In this document: positions 14,401 through 27,838 of the stretch, piece by piece
Numbering within the stretch: position 1 is the stretch's first letter
Layout: each line of letters starts with the position of its first letter
Assembly (NCBI GenBank): GCA_964057225.1
Contig: OZ059894.1
Span: 16,988,001 to 17,052,000 of the forward strand
DNA: 64,000 bases
Reading direction: 5' to 3'
DNA from: Auanema rhodensis
Taxonomy: Eukaryota; Animalia; Nematoda
Position numbers and translations under genes: made by a program
Notes under the pieces: model-generated
Databases searched by the model: none
What the model was told of the DNA's origin: nothing
Seen by the model: the letters and a program-made list of their open reading frames with translations, nothing else

Positions 14401-15249
14401 GAATTTCTAATGAAAACACTAACTTTAAACTAAGTACTTATACACCATTATGGAATATTGCTGATCAATTTGATATCATGTGGCCACAAACAATGCAAGA
14501 TTTATACATTTCTATTCTGGTTATGATACCAGTATCACTTCTATTCATACCACAACCATTGTGTGCAATCGCCATAGCTTTAAACATTAGTATGTTGAAA
14601 GATTTATATAGTAAATTGTATGGTTTCAACTCAACACTGAATTCCAGCTTCCATTGCTTTTGGTGCTTTGGGTATGATGGCATGGATGGGAGTAAACTTA
14701 GATGCTACTTCTATGATAACCATTGCTATGAGTGTTGGGTTCTCCGTAGGTTAGGAAGCACAAGTCTATCTATATTTGTTCTATTGGCATTTAGATTTTG
14801 CTGCTCATGTCTCCTACGCGTATATGACTGCTGATGCAACTGAGGTTCCAGGAAAATGGTAAAACTACAAGACATATTATACTTCAAAATTGTCTTGAAA
14901 AACTCACTCTTGACGAAATATCTTCTTTTTCAGCCCAGCAGAAGTTCGGCTTTGTCGCACTTTAGGAACTGTAGGCTGGCCTGTAACCCAAGCATCCCTG
15001 TCGGTCCTTCTCGGAGTTTCTAGTTTGGCTTTTGTTGATAGTTATGTCGTTCAGACATGCTTTAAAACAGTTGTTCTAGTTATAACTTGTGGTAAGCATT
15101 AACTACAGGGAGATCTATACTGTATTATATTTTTAGGAACAACACATGCTCTTCTATTTTTGCCTTTAGTTCTTATGCATGTTCATAAAGCTTATCTAAC
15201 AGTGAAAAAATTGAGAAGCAAATCAGTGACTACAAAGGAATCGAAATGA
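11442..15249 (+). CDS. Patched-related (PTR) sterol-sensing-domain RND-family protein (>20 exons)
   Basis: MARWRAPLEERWANII...; TM4 motif IGIDDTFLMLASW; SISITSLTDTLAFLIGA; TM10 motif MSVGFSVDFAAHVSY; GWPVTQASLS; GTTHALLFLP. The exact ptr paralogue was not assigned. Confidence 0.95.
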
Positions 15250-15361
15250 CTTACAAGATCTTCGAAGATATATTTAATAATATAAATGTTTTTATTTCAA
15301 ACATAAAGATTATACCAAAATAATATAAATGTGTAAATATAGTATATTTCTTTTAATTATT

Positions 15362-15639
15362 TTATCTTCTATCATACAAATAGGTAATCGATGATGGATA
15401 TGAGTAATACGAATATGTTAACGGGTAGTAATATGAATAAGTTGGAACAACATACGAAGTTGCTGCTGAAGGCATTAACACGGCAGTATTCGTATATGCT
15501 GGTTTAGTGATAATGATAGCACCATTCGACATAGAACAGCATAAAAGTATCTAAAGAAACAAGAATAGTTGCTCAAAAGGTTGAGAAAAAAAACAGAAAT
15601 TAAACAAACAAAACCTACAATTGTTAAATATGTGATCAT
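15362..15639 (-). CDS. Small secreted Tyr/Ser-rich protein (~70 aa, 2 exons)
   Basis: MITYLTI|ILLCCSMSNGAIIITKPAYTNTAVLMPSAATSYVVPTYSYYYPLTYSYYSYPSSITYLYDRR*. Phase-0 GT-AG intron; absent from the ORF track. Confidence 0.7.
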
Positions 15640-16083
15640 CATTATTGAAATAATATTTTAAATTTAAAAGAGTATTCTTTCTATCAGTTTTTATATACAG
15701 AGAGCTAAATGAAACAAGTTCTAAAATATTACGATCAAATAGCATCATAACTCTTCGTTAACTGCTGTCATATCAGTGCACTTTTATTGATATTTACTTT
15801 ATTTTAGAAGAAGATGGATGAAATCTTTTTTTGATTTGATTTAGACCTAATTTTGAATGATGTCTGTTTTTTTCCGATATTAAATACTTATATTTTAATA
15901 ATACGCTTTGACTACGCAGGCTGCAATTTGTCGTGCTGGGCAATCGCGCTACAATGCGAAAACCTGCCCTAAGTATAACCTTGTTTGTTTCACCTTTTAA
16001 TAACATTAATTTAAGCTTAATTTTTTATTTATTGTTACAAGTAGAATCAACTTTAGAAACAGCGAAATTTTTTTCAGGTACTC

Positions 16084-17723
16084 ATGTTTTTGCGGGCCAG
16101 AGTTGCTCGTATTATTGTTAGGCAAAATTCTTCTTTAGCTGAGAAACTTCGACGAGCTTCTTCTGGCCAACTTTCTTTAGAAAAAGCTCAACAGCTATAT
16201 GACGATAAAGCTCAACTTGATGCATCTGTATGTAACTAGGCATATATATTGATATTCTATTTGTTTTCAAGGGTGAACAATTTCGTGAGCCATTCTTAGC
16301 TCCTAAGCGAAAATTAAGGGGACAAATCCAAATTGAACAAGCTACTGGAAGAACAGCTCTTGTACAAAGGTCAGTTCTACTTGTAAGTCAATATTTTTCA
16401 TAAGATATTTCCTTATAGAAGTCGCTTCGATATTCACGACAAGCTTTCTGTTCGACGTGATCGCAGTTCTGAAATTTCTCCTGACTCTGTAAGTTTTCAT
16501 GGTAAATAAATTTAAGTATGCAAATTTTCAGGAATGGTCTGATGTATGGCCTGCTGCTAGAACTTTCAATGCTTCTGTAGTCCCTCTTCCTGTTCGCATG
16601 GGTTCACGTAGAGATCCTGATAAAAGAGCGCCATTTAAAAAACATGTATTGTTTTCATAGATCATTGTGAAGCTAATATATATATATTAAGGGTAACCTT
16701 GAACTGGTGAAAATTCCCAACTTCCTCCATTTAACACCGGCGGCAATTCAAAAACACTGTGAAGCTATTAAAAGTAAGAATTATTTTAGTAGGCTCTGTG
16801 ATCTCTCATATTTCAGAGTTTTGCACTGAATACCCTAAAGAATTAGTAGAAGATAAACAACTTCTCAAGAAACAGTTTCCAATATCCGTATCATATAATT
16901 CTTATGTTCATCAAGGGACTAACATAAGGGACAACAGATCTCGTGTTGTAACTGTTACGGTGAGACTATTGGTTGTTAGATTTTTGTTAGTAACTTTTTC
17001 GTAATTATAGGTTCCCGTTTCATCTTTGAACCTAAATAGCCAAGAAAAAGAGAAACTAGTCAGATTGAGTGGACAACGTTACAATGAAGAAACAGATATT
17101 TTGACAATTATTACGGATAGGTACGCCAGTAATTACCACGGAAATTAAGTATAACTTTAGATGCCATACACGTCAACAAAATTTAGATTATGCCAACTAT
17201 CTTTTGACCGCTTTATATCATGAATCCAAGGTGAGCTACTTTACAATTTTATTGGTATATTATATTTCAATTTTAGAAAGTTGAAGTATGGGAGAAAATG
17301 AAATCTAGAGACGATAATATGAAGGTAATAACAAAAAAGAGGTTTAATAATTCTAATGTTTTATATTTAGGTGGAATTTGAAGGATCTCCATGCCAAGAG
17401 AAAATTATTCATGCCATTCAAAAAACTCTCGAAAATTCAATGGTTAAATTCAAAGTTTCTTATAAATTCTTACCAAAATTTTAGAATTCCTCTGTGCAAA
17501 ATGTAGGCTCCAATGCTTCAAAGGAACAAATTTCTTCTCATGAACGTGTACAAAAGTTTGGAGAAATGTATAATAAATACAGAAACGAAGTTATAATCAA
17601 TTTTTTTTCCCGATACTTTTTTTTATTCAGAAGGAAACCGCTGATAGTACAAGAGAATACGCTAAACAAATTCGTGAATTGCTTGGTATTTCAAACTTTG
17701 AAAAGAAAAGCAGCACAGCTTAA
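16084..17723 (+). CDS. mrps-35: Mitochondrial ribosomal protein mS35
   Basis: Arg-rich presequence; [23 protein letters not shown]; [27 protein letters not shown]; [18 protein letters not shown]; [25 protein letters not shown] acceptor lies just before the ATG. Confidence 0.95.
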
Positions 17724-18110
17724 AGATCTCTTGTTGTTTTATAGGTTTTTAGATTTGTTATTGTTAAGATTTTCATAAATAAAAGTATATTTCAAGTGAA
17801 AACTTTATTAACGCCCAAATGAAGCAAAATAAAACACAGGACGGTACAACAATAAATAAAATACGCGTACTAATCAAGTTATTAAATAATAAGTTTAAAC
17901 CTTTACAGTGCTTGTGATATGGCACAATTCCTTATGAAAACAATCGATGGCGGAGTTAATAAGTATAACGCCTTACATGAACAAATATTAATCAACATGA
18001 GCCCGAATAATACGAAGGTTATTAATATCAATAAAATGATATCTAACACTGGTAATATTAATAATAGTTATTATTTAATTATAAAAATCTTGGTTAGTTC
18101 TCAAGAAAAC

Positions 18111-18715
18111 TCATAAGTTAAGTTGAGCAACATGTCTAAAGATAGATTTACCAGTATCAGGAAATCTGCCCATTCTCTGCAGAATGACATAAGTATCATT
18201 GGCAGGTAAATCATTAGCAGTTGGCATTTCTGTGAACGGGCCGAGGTATCGTGTGAGCGATCTGTGCAGGAGTACATAACGATTTTAAAAAAAAAATTCT
18301 TACTTAGCAAAATATTGTCCAGGGCTAAGTCGACCACGGAGAACACGATTCCAAGAAGGTGGAATGGGCCGAACACCAGGTAGAAGTGACGGGGAGATTA
18401 CTCCTTCCCGATCTGCTACAACTGGTTCTGGCTCTTCTCTGGATATTGGTGCAGGAGCTACCTCAGGATCAGATTGACCGGGAGCTCTTCCACGATGGAT
18501 GACAGGGCTGTAAATAACAAAAGATAACTAATAAATTATATGGAATAAATACCTCATATCTTCATTAACAGCTCTTGACCACCCTGGAAGGAAGTCAGAC
18601 TTGGGATCCTCAGGAATTGGGGAAGAGGAACGCATAACCTAAGACGGTAAACATCACAAATCGTAAAAATGAAAGTACTAAATACCTGAATATCAAATCT
18701 TCTAGATGGAGCCAT
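18111..18715 (-). CDS. Small Pro-rich protein of unknown function (4 coding exons)
   Basis: MAPSRRFDIQ|VMRSSSPIPEDPKSDFLPGWSRAVNEDMS|PVIHRGRAPG...RGRLSPGQYFAK|SLTRYLGPFTEMPTANDLPANDTYVILQRMGRFPDTGKSIFRHVAQLNL*. Intron phases are consistent. Confidence 0.75.
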
Positions 18716-19297
18716 AATAGGAAAATACAGCCAAATATACAGAGAAGGAACCGTTCACCGGGACTACCAAGCACAAGTGAATAGATATTTGTTATCCGAG
18801 TATTGGTAACAGTTATCCTTCTTTATTATACCAGAAAAGGCGCCAAAAACGAGGGCTAACGATCTAGGCATATTGCCACAGGTCAAACGTAGCAATGATA
18901 GTTTATGAAGTTTGAACCGATCTTGCCAAAGGGCTGATCACGTTTACCGGGAGTCAATTACCTCCAGTCAAAGTAAAACATTTCAGTAAATAAATATTTA
19001 TTTACCTCGTTATATCACAATTGAGAAAACGTGATTGCACACAGATAATTGAAGTTTAAAACACAACCAAAAATTGAGATATGAAACATGTCAATGAAAA
19101 AAATGAGCAATTATGCAAAAAAACCGAAATGACTATTATAAGATTAAGATGATTAAATATCAGAATTATATTATTATGAAAAAGCTATAAAAACTTAATT
19201 CAGTAAATTGGGTTTCCCGTGTAGTTTCATAGCTAGATCTAATATATCGATTTATGAAAGAGGGGTAATGATTACTTGAAAGAACTTTAAATATAAT

Positions 19298-21062
19298 TTA
19301 TAGTGCTGTTGGTCGACTAGTATTACATTTAGAATTATAAGTTTGTTCAACCTCCTGTAGGCGGAGTTCTAGTTGGATCCTAACTTGTGCTAATCTTGCT
19401 CGCTCTTGTTCAAGTTCAGCATTCTGCATTTTTAGGGCTGCAATTCAAATTAATAATTATAAGAATGAGTAGAAACAAATGTTCACCTTTACACCGTAAC
19501 TCCCATCGTTCAGCTCCAACCCCTTGAGAAGATTCAGCATCTAATCGCAAAAGCTCATCCAAATCACTTCCTAAAGATATATTGGGATAAAGAAAAAAAT
19601 ATTGACACTAACCCATCTCTTTTATGAATTTTTCAAGAAGATCTTTATCAACCATTTCTCTGTCAGTCTGTGTTTCAGCATTTTTCGACGATGTTCCTGG
19701 TGATGTGCGCTGTGGTACTGGAGGAGGGAGCACAGGAATAGGCCCTGAAAAATATTTTTAAATTATAATATTAATTGAATCAAATAATCATTAGTACCTG
19801 ATAATGTGGGCCTCGCTGATAAGGGAGGCGCCACTGTATTCATCACTGAAGTGTCAGAGTCCCTTCGCTCTCCAGCAGGAAACATTGGAAAACTAATTCG
19901 AAAAATCATAAACCAATTTATGTGAAAATATACCTTTGTTGAGAATTTAAATTAACGGATTTTAAATCTAAGCTAGCACTTCTACCATGACCTTTCTGGA
20001 CAGGCCGTGGAGGAGGTTGTGGAGGAGGGCCCGAAGGACTTTTCAACGATAATAATGGTACTACCGTAGCTAGATTGGCAATATAATTCACACGCTAAAT
20101 TTGAAGATAGAACTCACGTTTAACAGCTGTAGGCCTTATATCTACTAGTAAAGGAGGAACATCAGAAAATTGCTTCAGAGCTATTTCTTCCTGAATCGGA
20201 AGATTAGTTTAGAATCCAGATATAACTAACTTTTTCACCAGAGCCATTATTTTTACTATCAGGCATTTCAAATTGATCCCATGAATTGCCCAAACTATTT
20301 TCTGAAAGTGAGACTTATAAGCCCTTAATAGTTAATTATATTCTTACTTTTTTCCTGAGCTAATGGTTGTACAGGCATTGACGTCTGATTTTGAACATTG
20401 TATGCTGGACTGATTTGTCCTTGCATCTGTGAGTTAGACCGGGATGGAGTGAATGGCGGTTTCACATGGGAAGGAAGCACACTGGGTATAGGCACCTCAC
20501 CCTTGAATAAAATATATATTTGTAAAGGTCGATACACGTACTTTCACATGTAAAACTATTAAGTGCATTGCCATAGAAAATTCGTTAAGATCTAACCATC
20601 CATCCTCATTCACATCAGACAATGTCCATATTCTAAAATAACACTCAAGTTTATTAATTTTCAGAAAAGCTTGCCTGGATAATGATTCAGTATCTAAGCC
20701 ACTTTTCCTAAAGAAGTCTACAACTTGCTTGTCAGCCCCATTCAAAGCAGCATTTGTTACGTCACCAACAGTTCCCTGTTCAGAAGAAATAACATATAGA
20801 ATAAATGAAAAAATTTACTTGTGTCGATTTGAGCAGATGTCGGAAACATTTCAAGTAATAATCCCGTTGTTTTTCAGAAATTTCAAACAATTTGTTCTCA
20901 CTTAAATAACTTATTTCTAGTGATAATAGAACTATAACGTAAGACGTACTATTCATAGACGTACGATTTACATCTGCGCGGACTAGAAATAATGTCGTTT
21001 ACAGTCTTTTCAAAATCCACGTTTCCAAAATACTTCGGTTTTTCTCCCTGGTCTGTGCTCAT
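19298..21062 (-). CDS. reps-1: RalBP1-associated EH-domain protein
   Basis: EH domain (ISEKQRDYYLKCF...FFRKSGLD..LSRIWTLSDVNEDGWLDLNEFSMAMHLI), Pro-rich PPPQPPPRP/PPPVPQR motifs, and a C-terminal coiled coil ELEQERARLAQVRIQLELRL. Confidence 0.88.
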
Positions 21063-22147
21063 CTAAACGAGTTAGTTATTAATATAATGTTCAAGAAGGA
21101 CAACTGAAAATGGAATACAACCGCTGAGTACAAAATTATGAGAACAATGAAAATTCATCACGACTCATTTTTTAAGTGAAAATACCAGACCAACTGAATA
21201 AAATGATTAATAATTTCATGCACATATTGTGTTCACCTAGACGATTTGTACAAGTGCGTAATCAAGCTACTAATAGAGCGTGTTTGAAGTTAAATGGGTA
21301 AGTATTTCGATAAACACATAATCTAAAAATATTTAACGACTACATTGCTTTTGAATTTAAAAAAGAAATACTGACTGTTTTAGATATATAAACTATGCTT
21401 ATGTTGCCGATGTTTCTAGGAAATATTGAGGAAAATGAACACATTTACTACTATTTGTTTGAATAAAAATATATAATTAGCTGAATGTGCTTCCTTTCTA
21501 TACTTCATGCATTCTATAATTTTATTTTGAAATAAAACACATACTAAACATAATTTTATTCATAAAATATCTAAATTTTATTAAAAAATACAAAAAAAAC
21601 ATTAATTTTTTAAAGTACGCAATATTGCGTTAATCACCTCATGTTTATCCAGGGTACAGTCTCACTGAGACAACAAAAACGTTATTTGACAAGCGATTGA
21701 CGGATTAGAACGAGTTTCGGATGCAAAAAGTCAATCTCCCAATTTTAAATAAGCTGTATAATCATTATTCTAAACGAATACCGGGCTGATTTGAAAACTA
21801 TCAGAATCAATTAAGTTGACTTATTTCGGAGTTATCGAAATCTTTTATATTGCGCATACTCAAGCATGCCATCAATCATGAAAAATCTTTTAATCAAAAG
21901 AGCAATTAATAGCTTTCGGAATTATAATATTCTTCTTATCTTTATGGCTCTCGCTCTCTCTCTCCCTCCATTGCAGTTCCTCCTCCTCCAATAGAGAAAG
22001 ATCGAAGGAGAACCCTACTTTCAGCTACTTCTTTCATTAGAGCTACTACTCTTTAAATAATAGTGTTCTCTTTTATTTAAAATATTCCACAAACTTTTAT
22101 CCTTACTTAAGTTTGTGTTTTTTTAGAAAAAAGGATCAGGTGAAAGT

Positions 22148-25100
22148 ATGCTATCAGCAGGAGTCCTGAGTCACGCTCTTGTAGTTACTGTCACAGTACT
22201 CCTCACTTCAGGAATTTGGCTTACGGTTTGAACTTTTTTTTTAATCCAATGAAGCGATTTTCATTCCAAACACGCTTTTTTTCAATAGCTATAAATTAAA
22301 TCCGCACATAATCAAAAAAATTGACACCTTTTCTAATTGATAATTCTGAAAATGATATGATGGAATCAAAATACAAACGTTTTGCAAGCTACCGTATTCA
22401 TTTTAAACAATTTAATGAACACAAGACTAATTACTAAATTATAAATTCCAGGCTTATTTTGCTGGTGTTAAACCATCAAAACCTGGTAATACTTACATAG
22501 ATTATAATTATCAAGGATGTAATTCATCATCGTCAAAATGTCCTGAACTTCCCATGCCTCCTAAATGTGCTGATACTTGCGAGTGAGTTTAATAGCAATT
22601 CTGTCAAAAAATTCATTTTAAAGCATTATATAATTGAAATATTATAAATTCAAATGTTTTTTTTTAGATTTATGATATGTGAATCTATTCCCATGGGTTT
22701 GCAGTTCGATCCAAAATATCCAATTTTTAATAAAACAACAGATTGCTGGCTAAGACTTCTAAGTAGGAAATATTTTTAGTTAAATTCATTAATATAAAAT
22801 GCTCAACATAGTATTACTCTAGCTTTTCTATCTTAAATGATTTCATTTTCCAAATAATATGCCATATATGCATTATTGCGGACATTGCTCTCATTGATAG
22901 AGAAGTTTGATGCACTTTTTTAGTTGCATTGACAGAATCTTTCAAAATTATAAACATGATTGAAGCGTGATAATGCTAGTTATCAACACGTGGAAAGTGT
23001 TCGTTATTACCCAAGAAGAATTAATTTGCCATGCTGTTTATATTCACATCACCATATCAAAAATTTATGACGGAAAAAAAAGTTATGTACAGAAAATGCC
23101 ACGCATTTCACCCAGATTCCGAACAAATTTGCTATATTTTATGCTTTTTACGCCAGCAGAACATACTATATTTGCTTATCCTATTAGAAGTCAGTTGAAT
23201 AATCGTCTGAAAACCAATGCTTCCACATATTCGGTGGCACTTGTTATCATCAGAAAGCTAATTCTGATAAGATTATAAGCTTAAAGACAGACGTAATCCC
23301 ATATTTTCTCGCTACTGTTCAAAAGGAAACAAACGTGATAGGAGGTAGACACAAATTGTTAATGAACAAAAGGACAATCTATATTGACATCTAGCAATCA
23401 ATCGTTGATCAACAGATTAAAGTTTAAAGATAGAAAATACAAAATTTGTTCTAAATATTTCACTAAGACTTCCAAAAACGTCATAGCTTGGACCACATTT
23501 TTGACATTAAAATTTCAAGCTGAAAAAGCAATATAATTTTAAGTAATGTCCATGAAAAAATACAGATTTCGTAGATGATAGAGTACATGTTCAGAGAAAC
23601 ATGTGCTTTTAATAATTTTTGGGGATTTTTATTACAGTCATTAAAAAGACAAAAAAGCAACTGTACTTCTTAGATACAATTAATTTCTTTTCTTTTTTCA
23701 GGGGAAGCACAACAAGAAGTTGTGATTGGCAGCTTTTACTGGTCATTATTAGTTCAAAATACTGGAGATAACTATACTTATGATCCATCCAACTCATCAT
23801 TTGATGTGAGAAAAAGATTTTAGATACACAATAAGTTTTGATATTCTAGGGAAAGCAGGTGTATGATAACATTTTGGCAACAGCAAAGAGGGGAGTTGAC
23901 ATTAGAATTAGTCAAACATATGAGAAAGAAGGTACAGTTCCATAATGAACAACCAAAAACGATTTGTCTATATTAGGATACCCCGAAACTCAAGCTCTTG
24001 AACGAGATTCAAACGGCAAGATAAAGATTAGATCTCTTGATTTTACTCAATGGTACACATTGAACTTATTTAATTAAAGAAAGTTTCAATTTTTGTATAG
24101 GTATAGCGGAGGAATATTGCATACAAAATCCTGGGCTGTTGATGGTAAACATATTTATGTTGGAAGTGCTAATTTTGATTGGAGATCATTAAGACAAGTA
24201 AAATAATAGTTTGAAAATAATATTTATATTGTATGTTAAGGTCAAAGAGTTGGGAATAGCTGCTTTCAATTGTCCATGTTTAGGCGAAGATTTAACTAAA
24301 ATATTAGATATATATTGGCAAATGGGTGCTCCAGGAGCAAAATTACCTGATCAGTAAATTTTTCTATAATGTTTCTGCGTTACTTTAACTACAAATTCAG
24401 ATGGCCACAGCAATATTCAACTGGAATTAATCATGCATCCCCAATTTCTGTTCCTCAACAAAATGGCAATCAAGCTATATATTTTTCGGTAAATCAAATC
24501 TTAGTTTTTTACCCAATCGACAGAAACGTTCATAAAAACGGATATCAATTTATTTACTTTTTCAGGCTTCTCCTCCAGGTTTTCAATCATGTGGACGTGA
24601 AGATGATTTGGACGCTATGATCAAAGCTCTTGACGAAGCAAAAACGTCTGTGTCTCTTGCAGTAATGGATTATTCATCTTCTTCTTTATATCTTAAGCCA
24701 AACTAGTATTGAGAGTTTTTGAAAATATAGTCAGCAATACTGTTTCAGTTGGTCAGCAAAACTAGACGAAGCAATCAGACGAGCAGCTTTCGATCGTCAA
24801 GTTCATGTAAGCTTTGTTCATTTTTGTAGTTGTCAAAAATGCAGAAAATCGTAAAATAGAACATTGTAGGTCCGATTTATGATGTCACGCTGGCCTAGTA
24901 CTCGAAAATCATTTTATACATATCTCCATTCGTTACAAGATCTCAATAGTCAACTTCCTTGTATATATGAAAGTAAGTTGCAAAAATTAAAAAATGGGAG
25001 AAAGGAGAAAACAAACTTTTTTATATTTTTCTTCTGTTTATTGAAAAAGAAAATAAGTATTTAATTCAAAGATATTTGAAATAATACCTTCAAGTCTCAA

Positions 25101-25687
25101 CTATGTTTGCTTATGCACCATAGTCAATATTAATTGCAAGACTTTGACTTAGTCTTATGATAGAATATTAAATTCACAAACACTTTATATTCTGCAAATT
25201 TACTTTATTTTTGTCAGAAAAAAATAAAATTTTTTCTCAACTTTCAGATGGGCATTGTTCGAAACGTGGATCCATAGAAATTCGATTAATTCAAGTTCCT
25301 TTATTAGAAAATAACACTATTCCATTTGGCAGAGTATATCATAACAAATATTTTGTGACTGAATCAACGGCTTACGTTGGTAAGTTGAAACTTATTTTAT
25401 TTGAAAACTGCACTGTAATCTTCTTCTACACAATTTTTAATGAATCCAAACGTCGAACACGTAGTTTAGAGTTATTTTGTTCAGGAACCTCAAACTGGAC
25501 TCCAGATTATTGGGACAATACAGCTGGAATAGGAATAATCATTCGAGCTGATGACACAAGCAGTAGCTCTTATCTAGTTGCTAATTTCCAAAGTATTTTT
25601 GATAGAGATTGGAATTCAAACTATACGAAATCCATCACAAACTTCGATAATAATGGAAATCCCTTGAACAATACTCCAATTTTTTAA
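22148..25687 (+). CDS. PLD3/PLD4-type phospholipase D family protein (type II membrane)
   Basis: N-terminal TM; ICESIP; [31 protein letters not shown] (HKD motif 1); [22 protein letters not shown] (HKE motif 2); IFDRDWNS. Confidence 0.93.
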
Positions 25688-27524
25688 AAGGAAATTAAAA
25701 AGAAAAAAATGTATTACTTATAAAGAAACTAGAGAAAACTTTACAAATCCCTCTTTTTAAAATTTTCAAAATTTACTTAAACTCTCCCTCCTCTACTTCT
25801 CTAATATCGTCTTGCTAAAGCTCAGTATTGCCATAAGAAATCCGATATCTATTACAATTTAATATTTTTTTGTACATATCCGAGGAACTCATATTATTCT
25901 ATTGTTGCTTTGTTTCAGAATTGTGAAATAAACTATGTCATTATTCATATACATATAATTATAAAAACAAATTATATTAAAGATTCAAATACATCATCAA
26001 AATGTCAAATTATACTATTTATATATTTATATTATGTATGATTTGAAGAGGATAATAGTACTGAAACTTTGAGACAAAAAAGAGATTTTGAGAATACCTC
26101 ACTTCTCTCCCGCAAGTAACTCCATTGATATCCAAAATTGAAAATTATTTTTGTTTGGAGAATATCTGCTACTGTTTTAATAATATAATATTATATTTTT
26201 CATGAATCATAGAATTAAGTTTCAAAACTAATTGAATTGATGCATTTAGATATAAACCTTTATCGATTTATGCACTGAAAAACTTCATTTGATAAGAATA
26301 ACAAATTGTATTGTTTTTATTCATATTATATAAGTTTCAATGAACTGTTTGATAAAATTGTAATTAAGAAATCAGAATCGCTCATTAATCTAATTAAATT
26401 GGTAAAAGAATAACCTTTGTAAATAATTAAATTAGATGAAATAATGCTTAATGTATTCCGATAACAGTAAAAACAAACAAATAAAGTATTAATTTTATAT
26501 ATTGGTAGTATTTTTTATTACGAAGATTATGAGTTTCACCCTATGTATCAAACTAATACTGATACTATTCTAAATTCCGTGTACCTGATCAGGAATGACA
26601 CAAGCATGTAGCTAAGAACTGTTTGATTTTTTCTTTGAACAGATACTTTGCATTCAAGCTTTCGTTTCAGAAACATACGTTGGAGTTACACCCAAAGTTC
26701 ATCGAGTATAAATATAAGCAGTAGCAATTGGATTTCATGATTCAAATTTAATTTTTTCGGGAAAAATTATAAAATGCTCATGTTTACATGTATATACATA
26801 TTTCTTTTGAATACATTCAAAATGACGTGATATTGAAGTAAGCAATTGCAAAATTCCTATTTTCATTATGAGATTTGTTATATATTTTGCTTCTTCTGGT
26901 AAATCACCGTTAGTGGTTATCAAAAATGAACATGAATTAACAAAAAAAAATATTCAAAAAAAAAAAAAACAATTATAGCAATACCTTTTAAACTGCATCT
27001 TGATCTTTAACATATTTTAATTTTAAAACTCTTTTTTTTTTTACTGGGTGTGGCTCTTATCATCGAAAGTGACGTCTTTATAATAAGTGATGCTATTTAA
27101 GATTAGTTTTCTGTGATAATAGTTTTACTAAAATAATGATAAAAATAAATTATCCAACCGCCTTAAGTGAAGTATGAAGTATATCGAAAGTTTAAATTAT
27201 TTCTGAACAATGTGTATGGATAGTTTCTTGCAGTCTCATATTCAACAATAACTGTCTATTTTATATAAATATGAACAAATATCTTATTATATTATATTCT
27301 GTATTACATATTATAAATAAACAATTTGGGCTCATCTGGAAATGTTGGTACCTCCATTCCATTATTATAGAATCTAAATTTTCCTCCTTTGGGTGTATGC
27401 CCCGAAACTAGAATATTTCTTCTACGTTGTTCCTGGTCGAATTAAGAAAAATCTCGAAACTTATATCAGAGAGTCTAAAAATATCAGAGAGGAAAGGCAC
27501 AACTGTGATTTCCAACTGTTGGAA

Positions 27525-27572
27525 GTTTCATTTGGTCAGCAAAACTAGACGAAGTCATCAGACGAGCAGCTT
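27525..27572 (+). repeat. Intergenic copy of a PLD exon start (24742-24789)
   Basis: 45 of 48 nt are identical, and the acceptor AG is changed to AT. Confidence 0.9.
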
Positions 27573-27838
27573 ATTTCATAGTACATTTAATAATTATTAT
27601 TTAATCCAGAAAAATAACATATTGAAATAAGGACATGAACAATAATTAAAAGTTTAAAGAATAAATATTGAAACAGGAATGATTACAAATTTAATCATTT
27701 AACTTCTTAATTATAAAGGTTTATTAGAAGATAACGTAAAGCACAGCTGATAAACTCTACAATGACACAATCAAGGATTTAAGATAAGGAAATATGGTTA
27801 AAAGAGACAGAATGCCATCATTTTCAATACTGGAGAGG

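Noticed and set aside
15905-15970. GC-rich patch with GCAGG...CCTGC as a possible ncRNA
   Set aside because: It has no tRNA/snRNA hallmarks, and its position fits the mrps-35 promoter.
18716-18871. Stop-codon readthrough or selenocysteine fusion of the uORF with the main ORF
   Set aside because: It would need two stops (TAG and TGA) bypassed, and I identified no SECIS or readthrough context.
22800-23560. ORF 22967-23278 within the long PLD intron
   Set aside because: It has no recognisable domain or terminal repeats and is likely a chance ORF.
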